Shown here one piece after another: positions 21,842-31,334 of a stretch of DNA of 64,000 nucleotides. This DNA is from Opitutaceae bacterium (GTDB lineage Bacteria > Verrucomicrobiota > Verrucomicrobiia > Opitutales > Opitutaceae): assembly GCA_030693515.1 (NCBI GenBank), contig JAUYAK010000005.1:3739-67738 (forward strand). The letters run 5' to 3'. The number at the start of each line of letters is the position of its first letter. Position 1 is the first letter of the stretch. The notes beneath the pieces are model-generated. The model was not told the origin of the DNA. It saw nothing but the letters and a program-made list of their open reading frames with translations, and made no database searches. Position numbers and translations under genes: made by a program.

Positions 21842-24222
21842 GGCAAACCTTTCCACCGGCGCAGGCCCCACTCGGCGAGGAGGCACGCCAGCGCAAAGCC
21901 AAACATCAGCGGCGTGTGCCACGCGGGATACGACCAGGTTTCCATCACCGGCGCGCGCAACTCCGGCAGTCGCTGCACGAAGCTTTCGAGATCGGCCGCG
22001 GGCACGACCTGCCCGCCGGTTTTGCGCGCGATATCCTCGAGCAGGGCGACATTCGGCGACAGCGAGCGAAACTCCTCCGCCGCGAGATCGGTGCTCCAGC
22101 CGGCCTCGGCGCGGCCGAGGTCCGCGCCGGCCTGGTTTTTCACGGTTGCGACCGCCTTGTAGCCGCCGGTCTGGCGGGGCACGTAGGTGACTTGGTAGAG
22201 GCCGGGCTCGCTGAGGGCCGGCTCCGCCTCGAGTTTGATAGCGGCCCCTGCGGCGCCAGCCGTGCCCTCGAAGACAACGGGCTCAATCTCCACCACCACC
22301 GTGGCGTCGTCCACGGCTTGGAATTTCTCGTCGCGCACGCGCACTTGCACGCGCACCGCGCCATTGGCGTCAGCCACGACGGGCTCGACGGTGCATTGCA
22401 CGCGGGCCGGGACATCGGAGACGAGCCAGCGCACCATCTGCCGCCAGGCACGGTCCATATCGACGTGTTTGACGGCATCGCGCATGCCCCACTTCCAGAT
22501 ATCGCCGACCATCAGCGCGGCGGTGCGGCCACGGCCAAAACGCTGGGTAGCCAAGGCCGGCAATTCGTTCCCGCGTTCGTCGCGCACGCTCGCGATGAGG
22601 CTCGCCCCGGGCTTCAGCCCACGCACGCGATTGAAGACGTCAAAGGCCGGCATGCCTTCCATGCGGGTCCGCTCGTCGGCCTCGGTGTCGTTGAGGCGGG
22701 CCCAGGCCTGGAGCCAGCCCTCGCGCGCGAGCTGGTAGTGCACGGGGCCGGGCGGCTCGCTCGCCGTGCCCTCGGCGTTGTCGAGATAAACGGGCAGCGT
22801 CTCCCCGATGGGCGTGCGCTGGTAGTTGCCTTCGCGGAAGCTCTCCATGCCGCCGAGCATCAGCAGGCCGCCGCCGCGCTCCGACACAAACTTGTTGAGC
22901 AGCTGCGCCTGGTCGGCCGAAAAATATTCCGCCTCTACGTCGTCGAGGATCACGGCGTGGTAGCCGTAGAGATCCTCCGGGGTGCGGGGGAATCCGGCGC
23001 GCAGTTCGTGCTCGTCCCGGGTATTGAGGCGGATGAGCACGGGCTGGTCGTAGCGCTGCACGTCCTCGGGGGCCTGCTGGCCGAAACCGCGGAAGAGCGG
23101 ATTGCTCGTCTCACCGGCCCGGCCGCGAAACTCGAACTTGGGCTCGCGTTTCGCGATGCGGATGAGCGCCACGAGCTGCACCTGTTCGTCCTCCTGCACG
23201 GCGCGATTGAGAAACTTGAACTCCCAGTTGGGCCGGCCGGAGACATACAGCACGCGATAAGGTCCCTGCCCGCGATCGACGGCCACCACGCGGGCATTGT
23301 TGGCCAGCGTCGCTTCCTCGCTCGGTGCGGGCGGCGCACCCGGGACCAGCGTCTCGGCCGGTGTGCTCGTGCGCACCTGATAGAAGGAGAGACCCTGCTT
23401 CTCCGGCTTGAGCTGGAAGCGAAACGCCAGGGTTTCGCCGTCGCCCCGCGCGTCGGCGCTCTGCTCCTGCACCACCCGCCCGGTGCGATCCACGAGCTGG
23501 GCCTTGATCGGGCGGCCGCGGAAACCGGTGGCCATCACATCGGCCTGCAACGTCACGGGTGCATCCTCAAAGGCGGTCTGCGTGATGGCGACCTGCTGCA
23601 CCGCGATGTCCTTCACCGCCCCGGCGCGCCCGATCACCACGGGATAGATCGGCGGGAGTCCGCGCAGATCAGGCAGCGCGCCGCCCGCAAGATCGGTGGC
23701 ATTGCCATCGGTGAAAAGCAGGGCACCCGCGAGCGGCCGGCTTTGGAAGCGCTCGCCCAGGGTCTTGAGCGCGGAAACCAACGCGGTCGAGCGCCCCTCG
23801 AAGGTGAGTTCGGAAAAATCCCGCGTCGCCTGCAGCCGCGCGTCGAAAATATAGCGGCGCACATCGAAGGTCGCCGCGAGCCCGCCTTGCCAAGAGGTGG
23901 AGTTGGCATCGAGCAGGACGCGCAGCCCATCGCCCCGGGTCGCCGTTTCGCCCCGGTCGCGGACTTGGAGGCCCTGGCTGTTGTCGGCGACGACCGCGAA
24001 GAGGTTTGCGCCGGGCCGTGCGCGCTGGCCCAGCCAGAGCGGCTCCAGGAGACAGAGGGCGAGCGCCGCGAGGCCCAGCGCCTTGAGCCCGAGGCAGACC
24101 CAGCGCAGCGGATGGCCGGCCGCGGCGCGATAGCTCCACGTGAGCACCAACGCCGCCACGGCCGCAAAGAGGAGCACGGGCACGAGCCAGTGGGTGGCGG
24201 AGAGCGTGAGAGAGGAGGTCAT
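21838..24222 (-). CDS. membrane protein with class-I glutamine-amidotransferase-like (ThuA/BatA-associated) domains
   Basis: N-terminal TM helices. The block LLMLGGMESFREGNYQRTPIGETLPV is typical of the GATase1-like module found in PVC MoxR/Bat clusters. 794 aa. Confidence 0.75.
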   Translation of the reverse strand: MTSSLTLSATHWLVPVLLFAAVAALVLTWSYRAAAGHPLRWVCLGLKALGLAALALCLLEPLWLGQRARPGANLFAVVADNSQGLQVRDRGETATRGDGLRVLLDANSTSWQGGLAATFDVRRYIFDARLQATRDFSELTFEGRSTALVSALKTLGERFQSRPLAGALLFTDGNATDLAGGALPDLRGLPPIYPVVIGRAGAVKDIAVQQVAITQTAFEDAPVTLQADVMATGFRGRPIKAQLVDRTGRVVQEQSADARGDGETLAFRFQLKPEKQGLSFYQVRTSTPAETLVPGAPPAPSEEATLANNARVVAVDRGQGPYRVLYVSGRPNWEFKFLNRAVQEDEQVQLVALIRIAKREPKFEFRGRAGETSNPLFRGFGQQAPEDVQRYDQPVLIRLNTRDEHELRAGFPRTPEDLYGYHAVILDDVEAEYFSADQAQLLNKFVSERGGGLLMLGGMESFREGNYQRTPIGETLPVYLDNAEGTASEPPGPVHYQLAREGWLQAWARLNDTEADERTRMEGMPAFDVFNRVRGLKPGASLIASVRDERGNELPALATQRFGRGRTAALMVGDIWKWGMRDAVKHVDMDRAWRQMVRWLVSDVPARVQCTVEPVVADANGAVRVQVRVRDEKFQAVDDATVVVEIEPVVFEGTAGAAGAAIKLEAEPALSEPGLYQVTYVPRQTGGYKAVATVKNQAGADLGRAEAGWSTDLAAEEFRSLSPNVALLEDIARKTGGQVVPAADLESFVQRLPELRAPVMETWSYPAWHTPLMFGFALACLLAEWGLRRWKGLP

Positions 24223-24240
24223 GCGCGGACGTGCAAATTA

Positions 24241-24300
24241 TGTGGGAGCGAGCTTGCTCGCGACATTAGCCGCTCGGTCGCGAGCAAGCTCGCTCCCACA
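24241..24300. repeat. REP-like perfect inverted repeat (24-bp arms, 12-nt spacer)
   Basis: TGTGGGAGCGAGCTTGCTCGCGAC (24241-24264), spacer attagccgctcg, then the exact reverse complement (24277-24300). It lies in the 115-nt gap between two otherwise tightly packed operon genes. Confidence 0.95.
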
Positions 24301-24337
24301 GTCTGGCCAACTCCTGAAAGGAAAATGGCTCCGCGCA

Positions 24338-27300
24338 TCATTTGTCCTTCCCCAGTTCTTCGTAGTAGCGGCGGACCGGCTCGGCGAACCGGTTCGGCAC
24401 AGGATCGCGGTCGATGGGGGTGAGCGTCTGCTTCGCATCGCGACGTGCCAGTTCCTCGGCCACGCGATTCCGCACTTCGACGAGCGGCTTGATGATCTCA
24501 AGCTGCACGACCGTCCAATCCGGCTTCTTTTGGTCCTGCCGGAAATCGCGGCGCAGCGTGCGCGCCCGCTCGCGCGCGGCTGCGAGGGCGTTGCGCATCT
24601 CGGGGGTCTCGACCAAATCCTCGACGTCACGCAGGCGCTCGTTCCAGCGGTTGAAGTCTTCACTCGTGAGCGGGCCGACGTTCACGCGTCCGCCCTCCCA
24701 GCCGCCGAGGCCGCCGCCGCGATCGTTGCCGCCGTTGAAAGCGTTGCCAATGTTCAGCCCGCCCCGCTCGTTGCCCTCGCGGCCTTCGCGGGGATTCTGG
24801 TCGCCGCGGTTGCGCGCATCGGCGAGTTGGCGTTGTCCGCCCCGTCCACCGCCACCGGGCTGAGTGCCCTCGGGCGAACCCTCGCCCGGCTGCTGACCTT
24901 GACCCTGCTGGCCGCCGGCTTGCTGGCCTTCGGCCTGTGCGGTCTGTTCGCCGGGTTGCTGGCCTTGGCCGGGTTGCTGTCCGGGTTGTTGCCCGCCCGG
25001 TTGGTTCCCGCGTCCTGCCGTCTTCTGCGTGGAGCGCTCGCCCCGCTGACCGGGCTGTTGACCCTGCCCTTCGCCCTGGCCTTGGCCTTCGCCCGGTTGT
25101 TCGCCCTGCCCCGGTTGCGAGGGATCGTTCTGGCCTGGCTGCGTGCCGGCCTGGCGCTGGTCGCCTTCGCCGCGGCGCTGGCCAGGGCGGTTGCCCTGCT
25201 TCTCCGCATTGGCCTGCTCGCCACCCGGCGACTGACCGCCGGCCTGTGCGAGTTCGCGACGCAGCTGATCGGTGAGGGCGTCGAGTTCGTTTTGCGCGAG
25301 CTTGAGCTGCTCCGCATCGTCGCCGAGCACGCTTTCGGCCGCGCGCTCGACGCCGCGGCGCAGTTCGTCGATTTCATTGCGCGCGCCTTGGGCGGCTTGC
25401 CGCGCCTGCGGCAGATGGCCGTCCTTGAGCAAGTCGCGGGTCAGCTCCAGGGCCTTGCCGCCCTGCTCGCTCTCCGCGGTCTTGTTGAGGCGGTCGTAGA
25501 GGTCGCGGGTCATGCGCCCGCTGTTGAGGAGTTCGTTGCGGGCCTGCTTCACGGTCGCGGCGTCGTCGCCCGAGACCTTGCGCACGCTGTCGTAGAGCTG
25601 GCGCGAAAGGAGCGGCTCGGTATTCTCGGCCTGCTCGGAGAGTTGCGTCGCGCGATCCACGAGGCGGTTCATGCGGTCGCGCTGCTCGCCGAGTTTTTCA
25701 TCAAGTTCCTTGCGGTCGCCGGAATCGCCGAGGGTCTTGCGCCGGCTGCGATCGGTGCCGTTCGCGAGTTCGTCGATTTTCTGGCCGACCTCCTCCTGCT
25801 GGCGGGAGAGTTCGCGGGCCTCGTTGCGCATCTCGCGCAGATCCTCGGCAAACTGATTCGAGTTCTGCTTCCGCAAGTCGTCGCGCATTTGCTGCATCTG
25901 GCGCTGCGCCCGGGTGCCGGAGGCGAGCGCCTGCGCGACGGAGCCCTGCTCCGCCGCATCCGCGGCCTTCTGCAAATCCTCGCGCGTCTGGTCGAGTTCC
26001 TGCCGCTGCTGCGACATGCTCGACTGGTTTTCGGCGCGGTCCATGCGCTGCTTCACCTCGTCGGCATCAGCGAGCATCTGGCGCTGCTCCTCCTCCAGGC
26101 GCTTGAGGCGGCGCTTGAGGTCCTCGCGCTGCTGCTCGGTCTGCGCCTCTTGCAACGCGGTCTGCAGCTCTTTCAGGCGCTCGTTGATGTCCTGCTGACG
26201 GCGCGCGAGTTCCTGCAGGCGGTTCATCACGGCCTGTTGTTCCCGGCGTTCTTGGCTCTGCGGGGCCTTGGCCTGACGCTGGGTCTCGTAGCGCTTGTCC
26301 GCCTGCTTGAGATCGAGCTGATCGATCTGACGCTGGTTGCCCTGCTTGCCGCCGCCTCCGCCGCCCTTCTGGTTGTTGCGGCGGGTGACGTTGGTCTCGC
26401 GGGCCTGCAGCCGCAGCAGCGACTGGTAGGCGGCCTGTTCGGGTGGCAGGGCCTGCGCGAGCGGAGCAGGATCCTTGGCGGCGTCCTTCAGTTTCTCGAC
26501 GGCTTTCTCCATCTCGGCGATGACGGTCTTCCAATTACCTTGCGCGCGCGGCGAGCGCGCCTCTTCGGCCGCCTCCTGCGCCTGCTCGAGCGCCTGCTCC
26601 TGGCTCTCGCGGACAATCTTGGCGTCGGCCTCGTAGCTCGGCGTGCGGCCTTCGCGCTGCAGCCGCCACGTGGCGCTGATGATTTGTTTTTGAAGCTCAG
26701 TGAGCTTGCGCGCCTCGGCACCCTGGCCGCCCTGCTGCTCGCCTTCGCCGGACTCCATGTTCTGGCTCTCGCGGAAAATTTCGTCGAAGGGCCGCACTTC
26801 GCCGAAGAACAGATCACCTTGCGTGCGGCGCGGCTTGCCGTCGGGCCCGATGTCATCGGCCCAGACGAACCACGACACCAGGTCGTCGGGCTTGGCGCCG
26901 AGTTCCTCAAGTTTGAGCAGGTGCGCGAAATTCTTCTTTTCTTTCGCGCCACCCTCTTTGCCGAGCTCGATGAACTTCGGCTCCGCCCCGCCGATCGAAT
27001 AGGCCAGGCCGTAGGACGCGGTCCCGAAATCATCCCAAACGGTGCCTTCAAACGCCAGCTCCTCGATCGCCGACGGCCGCACATCGCCCCGCGGCGAGGC
27101 GAGCCGCAGCTCCGGCGGGCGGTTGGGCTGCACATCGATCACAAAGGTCGAGGCGACCTTGTTGGCGCGGCCCTCGGTGTCGATGAGCTGGAGATCGTAG
27201 GTGAGGGTCTTGGCCGGCGAGAGTTCGCGCAGCGTGGCGACGGCTTTGTCGGGTGAGACCGTGAGGGGGATTTCGGTCTTCTTCCCGTCGCGAGCGACGA

Positions 27301-28252
27301 GCTTGGCCGACTTGACCGGCTTGTTGAGCTGCAGGGAAAAGTCCATCTTCGTGCCCTCGACGGCGCTCACGCGACGCGTGTCCTCGATGCGCTTGGGGGC
27401 GAGCTTCGTGTAGCCGGGAAACGTCAGCTCCACATCGGAGCGCACGAGCTTGGGATGCTCGAAGACCGTCACCTTGAAGTCCCGCGTGCGCTCGCCGCGA
27501 TACTCGAGGTGGTAGGCAAACTCTTTGGTGACTTCGGGCAGGCTGGCACCGAAGACCGGATCGCCGAGGCTTTTCACGAGCGGCACGGCGCGCGGCGCGG
27601 CGCCGCTTTCGCGGATCACCATGCTGACATTTGGCGGCAGCGCGCCGCCGAAACGCGCGAGCACCACAAACGAATCCCCGCGCTCCACGCTCGCATCGCC
27701 GGGCGTCACCGCCACGCCGTCGGCGCTGATCCACTGCGGCTTCTCGCCGTGAATCGTCACGACGCGCAGATGCGAGAGCGCATAGACGAAACCGCCGAGC
27801 GCGAGCACCTGCATCACGACACCGGCCGCCAGCCGCGAACGCGGCACGACGCCGCGCCAGTCGCTCTGCTGGCTCTTGCTCACGGCCTCCTGGATGACGC
27901 GGTATTGGAGATACCCGGGCTCCTGGCCCGTCTCGATTTGCTGCTGCACCGCGGTCAGCAGCACGCCGTTGAGCTCCGGATGCTGCCGCTCGATCCGCCG
28001 GGCGATCCACCGCAGATCGGGGGCGCGGGAAAGCTGCACGAAGACCACAATCGTCGCGGCGAGCGCCGTGAGGGCCATGATCAGCGGCAGCGCGTAGCGC
28101 GAGGCTCCGCCCGTCGCACCCAGCGTCCAGACCAAGGCCACGGTGACGAGCGCCGCCGCCGCCCAGCACACGGTGAGCGCGCGCCACAGGGCGACCCAGC
28201 GGAACCGCTTGGCGACTCGCAGCAGACGGGATTTCAGGAAGTCTTCTTTCAT
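24338..28252 (-). CDS. DUF4175-like large membrane-anchored protein with coiled-coil and Q/G/E/P-rich low-complexity C-terminal half
   Basis: ATGA overlap with the upstream gene (28249-28252). N-terminal TM helices, a long E/R/Q-rich coiled-coil region, and GQQPGQ-type low-complexity tracts. Confidence 0.8.
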   Translation of the reverse strand: MKEDFLKSRLLRVAKRFRWVALWRALTVCWAAAALVTVALVWTLGATGGASRYALPLIMALTALAATIVVFVQLSRAPDLRWIARRIERQHPELNGVLLTAVQQQIETGQEPGYLQYRVIQEAVSKSQQSDWRGVVPRSRLAAGVVMQVLALGGFVYALSHLRVVTIHGEKPQWISADGVAVTPGDASVERGDSFVVLARFGGALPPNVSMVIRESGAAPRAVPLVKSLGDPVFGASLPEVTKEFAYHLEYRGERTRDFKVTVFEHPKLVRSDVELTFPGYTKLAPKRIEDTRRVSAVEGTKMDFSLQLNKPVKSAKLVARDGKKTEIPLTVSPDKAVATLRELSPAKTLTYDLQLIDTEGRANKVASTFVIDVQPNRPPELRLASPRGDVRPSAIEELAFEGTVWDDFGTASYGLAYSIGGAEPKFIELGKEGGAKEKKNFAHLLKLEELGAKPDDLVSWFVWADDIGPDGKPRRTQGDLFFGEVRPFDEIFRESQNMESGEGEQQGGQGAEARKLTELQKQIISATWRLQREGRTPSYEADAKIVRESQEQALEQAQEAAEEARSPRAQGNWKTVIAEMEKAVEKLKDAAKDPAPLAQALPPEQAAYQSLLRLQARETNVTRRNNQKGGGGGGKQGNQRQIDQLDLKQADKRYETQRQAKAPQSQERREQQAVMNRLQELARRQQDINERLKELQTALQEAQTEQQREDLKRRLKRLEEEQRQMLADADEVKQRMDRAENQSSMSQQRQELDQTREDLQKAADAAEQGSVAQALASGTRAQRQMQQMRDDLRKQNSNQFAEDLREMRNEARELSRQQEEVGQKIDELANGTDRSRRKTLGDSGDRKELDEKLGEQRDRMNRLVDRATQLSEQAENTEPLLSRQLYDSVRKVSGDDAATVKQARNELLNSGRMTRDLYDRLNKTAESEQGGKALELTRDLLKDGHLPQARQAAQGARNEIDELRRGVERAAESVLGDDAEQLKLAQNELDALTDQLRRELAQAGGQSPGGEQANAEKQGNRPGQRRGEGDQRQAGTQPGQNDPSQPGQGEQPGEGQGQGEGQGQQPGQRGERSTQKTAGRGNQPGGQQPGQQPGQGQQPGEQTAQAEGQQAGGQQGQGQQPGEGSPEGTQPGGGGRGGQRQLADARNRGDQNPREGREGNERGGLNIGNAFNGGNDRGGGLGGWEGGRVNVGPLTSEDFNRWNERLRDVEDLVETPEMRNALAAARERARTLRRDFRQDQKKPDWTVVQLEIIKPLVEVRNRVAEELARRDAKQTLTPIDRDPVPNRFAEPVRRYYEELGKDK

Positions 28253-30366
28253 GGATTTGCTCCTTCGGTTGCGAGGGCGGCGCGCCGGGCGGTGCGGCCC
28301 GCAAGGACCGACTCGATCAGCAGGACGGCAAGCGTCGCCACGATAAACCAACGCCAAAGTTTCTGACGGCTCTCCGCCTCGATGCCTTGCAGCAGCGCCT
28401 TCTTCTCAGCCGGCACCGTCGCCTCCACCCTGCCCTTGGCCACGGGCACCCCGAGTTGCTCCAGCTCATCCGGCCCGAGGGGCGCGGTGCGACTCTCGTT
28501 GGCATCAAGGTTCACGGCGAAACGTTGCGGGCGAAGGCCGCCTGTCAGCTCGTAGATGCCCGGCTGCCCGGTCGCGGCAAACTCCGCCGCGCCCGCCGCC
28601 AGTGTCACCGCTGCGCCTGCCGGGCCGCGCACGGCCGTCGTCCCGCTGTCGGCCGACAGGGCCACACGGTCGCCCACGACGTGCTGCGTCGCAAAATTCG
28701 CCACCCCACCCGCCTGCTCCAGGAGCGACCACATGAGCGGCACAAATTTCGACGACACAGCGAGCTGGCTGTCGTCCGGCTGCCAGCCGCTCGCGAACGC
28801 GTAGATACGCCCGCGGCCGACCGGGACCTCGGCCACCGCCGGATCGCCGTGGTCGAACTTGGCGACCGTGCGCGCGCCCGCGACGCCGCTCAGGTCGAGC
28901 TTCCGGAATTTCCAGAACCGGATCTTGGTGAAGTCGCTGAACCGCGGGTCGGCAAACGCCGCGAAGAGCGGGTGCTGAAAATCGATCTCCGAGAACATCG
29001 CGTAGCTGCCCGCGCGGCCCTCCTCGACCGGCACGGGCTCGCGCCCGAGCAACGCGCCAAGCGTCGGCCCGATGCCGGGATTCCGCGCCACGACGATGAT
29101 GGTCTTTCCCGCCTGCGCCTGTTCGCGCAGGGCCGCGGCGGCCGCGGGTGAAAGGGCTTCGCTCACAAAGATGAGGCTCGCGGCCGCCACATCAGCCGGT
29201 GAAAGCGGGCCACCCGGCGCGACCGCCGTCACCTGCACGGCCACGCGCGGCGTCTCGGCAAACGCGCGGCGCAGGAAAAAGAGCGGCTGCGCCGGATCCT
29301 CCGCCACGTCGCCGCCGATCCAGAGGACGTTGGTGCGCTGCTGCGTGGGCGGGATGACGTAGGTGGTGTTGTCGAAGGCCTCGTCGTCGCCCGTGAGGGA
29401 GATTTGCTCCAGACCGGCGACGCCTTTCGGCACCGGCACGGCAAACACCCGGCTCTGCCCCGGCGGCACATACGCATCCAGCGCGGGCACGATAAATTCA
29501 GGGGCACCTCCGGTGGCGGCCGAGCGCGCCCAGCCGAGCTTGAACTGCTCGCGCGTGGAATCGGCGGCGTTGGTCACGCGCACGCGCACCGGCGCATCCG
29601 CCGCGCGCGTCGAGTCCGGCCCGCCGGCGACGATCTGCACGCCGGCATTGGTGGCCTGGCGGGCCTTCACCGGTTCGAGCGTGAGTTCCACGCCCTTCGG
29701 CCATTCGTAGGCCTGCAACGCGTCCAGCCGGCTACCCGCCTGAAGGTCGCTGATGAGCACGATGCCCCGGGGACCGACGGCGTTTTTGCCATCCTCGCCC
29801 TCGGCGAGGGCTTCGGCGGCGGTGACGAGCGCGTTGCCCAGGTGGGTGCCGGCCCACGAGGGCGAAAGCGCCGCCAGCCGGCCGACGGCCAAGGCGATCC
29901 GCTCGGCGGGCGCGGCGCGGTTCCAATCCTCAAACGACACCAGTGTCGTCGCCTTCTGATCGAAAGAAATGATCGCCACGTGATCGACGGGCGCGGCGCG
30001 GCGCAGGACCGCCTCGGCCCGGGCGCGCGCGGTGGCCCACACGCCCTCGCGGCGCATGCTGGCGCTGGTGTCCACGAGCACGACGGTGCGCCGCGGTTGC
30101 GCCGCCGTCGGATCATTGACCGGCGACTGCGTGAAGAAGGGGCGCGCAAAGCCGAGCGCGAGGAGCGCAAGCGCGAGACAGCGCAGGAGGAGCAGCAACC
30201 AGTGCTCAAGCCGCTGGCGCTTCGCGATACGCGGCGGGCTCGGCTGCAGGAACATCAGCGAGCTGAAGGCCGTGCGCTCACGCGTCGTGCGCCGCACGAG
30301 GTGGTAGATGATCGGCGCGGCGAGCGCGAGACCGCCGAGGAGGAAGAGCGGCGTGAGGAAGTTCAT
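28249..30366 (-). CDS. BatA-N (double-TM anchor) / von Willebrand factor A domain protein
   Basis: N-terminus MNFLTPLFLLGGLALAAPIIYHL...LEHWLLLLLRCLALALLALGFARP is the classic aerotolerance BatA N-terminal domain. VWA MIDAS start VVLVDTSASM. Confidence 0.85.
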   Translation of the reverse strand: MNFLTPLFLLGGLALAAPIIYHLVRRTTRERTAFSSLMFLQPSPPRIAKRQRLEHWLLLLLRCLALALLALGFARPFFTQSPVNDPTAAQPRRTVVLVDTSASMRREGVWATARARAEAVLRRAAPVDHVAIISFDQKATTLVSFEDWNRAAPAERIALAVGRLAALSPSWAGTHLGNALVTAAEALAEGEDGKNAVGPRGIVLISDLQAGSRLDALQAYEWPKGVELTLEPVKARQATNAGVQIVAGGPDSTRAADAPVRVRVTNAADSTREQFKLGWARSAATGGAPEFIVPALDAYVPPGQSRVFAVPVPKGVAGLEQISLTGDDEAFDNTTYVIPPTQQRTNVLWIGGDVAEDPAQPLFFLRRAFAETPRVAVQVTAVAPGGPLSPADVAAASLIFVSEALSPAAAAALREQAQAGKTIIVVARNPGIGPTLGALLGREPVPVEEGRAGSYAMFSEIDFQHPLFAAFADPRFSDFTKIRFWKFRKLDLSGVAGARTVAKFDHGDPAVAEVPVGRGRIYAFASGWQPDDSQLAVSSKFVPLMWSLLEQAGGVANFATQHVVGDRVALSADSGTTAVRGPAGAAVTLAAGAAEFAATGQPGIYELTGGLRPQRFAVNLDANESRTAPLGPDELEQLGVPVAKGRVEATVPAEKKALLQGIEAESRQKLWRWFIVATLAVLLIESVLAGRTARRAALATEGANP

Positions 30367-31322
30367 ACGGCGGCTCCTTTCGCGGCGCTGTTCGCGCGGC
30401 GCACGACCCGCCCGCGCCGCATCCGTGCCTGCAGGAATTCAAACAGCGCAATTTCGAGCGGCTGCGCCGTGGAGATCTGGTGGTAGCTCACGCCGAGCTT
30501 GCGGCAGATGGCTTGCAGGGCTTCGCCGTGGGCGCGGAAGCGCTTCATGTAGCCGTCGCGCGCCGCCGCCGGATCGATGTAAACGGTGCGCGCGGTCTCG
30601 ACATCCTCGAACAGCGCGGGAGCGTCGAGGCCGAGGTTGAGTTCCGCCGGATCGACGAGGTGAAACACGCTGAGCTCGTGACCGCCGGCCGCGAGCGCGA
30701 CGAGGCTGCGCTCCAGTTTGTCCAGCGGCGCGAGAAAATCCGAGATGAGCCCGACGAGCGCTCGTTTGCGGATGAGCCCGGCGATGCGCTCCAGCGGCGT
30801 CACCAGATCGGTGGCGTGGCCGCCCGCGGGTTTCTCCAGCGCGAGCATGAGCTGGCGCAGGTGGCCGAGGCGGTGGCGCGCCGGCAGATACTCGCGCACC
30901 TGCTCGTCGAAGGTCATCAGGCCCACCGCGTCGCCTTGCAGGTGGAGGAAGTAGGCCAGCGTGGCCGCGAGCGTGGCCGCATAGGCGGCCTTGGTGATGC
31001 CGCGCGAGCCGTAGTCCATCGAGCGGCTGAGGTCGGCGACGAGGTGGACGCGGAGGTTGGTCTCGTCCTCGTATTTTTTGATGAAGTAGCGGTCGCTCCG
31101 CGCATAGACCCGCCAGTCGAGGTAGCGCGGATCATCGCCGGGGCTGTATTGCCGGTATTCGGAAAACTCGACCGAGAAGCCGTGGTAGGGGCTCCGGTGC
31201 AGGCCGCTCCAAAAACCCTCCACGACCGCCCGCGCCCGCAGCTCAAGGCTGCGAATCATCATCAACGCCTGCGGGTCGATGAGCTTCGCCGCAGCGAGGG
31301 CGGGATTGGAGGTGGCGGCCAT
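30363..31322 (-). CDS. DUF58 domain protein
   Basis: SPYHGFSVEFSEYRQYSPGDDPRYLDWRVYARSDRYFIKKYEDETN is the DUF58 signature. ATGA overlap with the downstream gene (30363-30366). Confidence 0.9.
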   Translation of the reverse strand: MAATSNPALAAAKLIDPQALMMIRSLELRARAVVEGFWSGLHRSPYHGFSVEFSEYRQYSPGDDPRYLDWRVYARSDRYFIKKYEDETNLRVHLVADLSRSMDYGSRGITKAAYAATLAATLAYFLHLQGDAVGLMTFDEQVREYLPARHRLGHLRQLMLALEKPAGGHATDLVTPLERIAGLIRKRALVGLISDFLAPLDKLERSLVALAAGGHELSVFHLVDPAELNLGLDAPALFEDVETARTVYIDPAAARDGYMKRFRAHGEALQAICRKLGVSYHQISTAQPLEIALFEFLQARMRRGRVVRRANSAAKGAAV

Positions 31323-31334
31323 GGGGGCGAAAAA

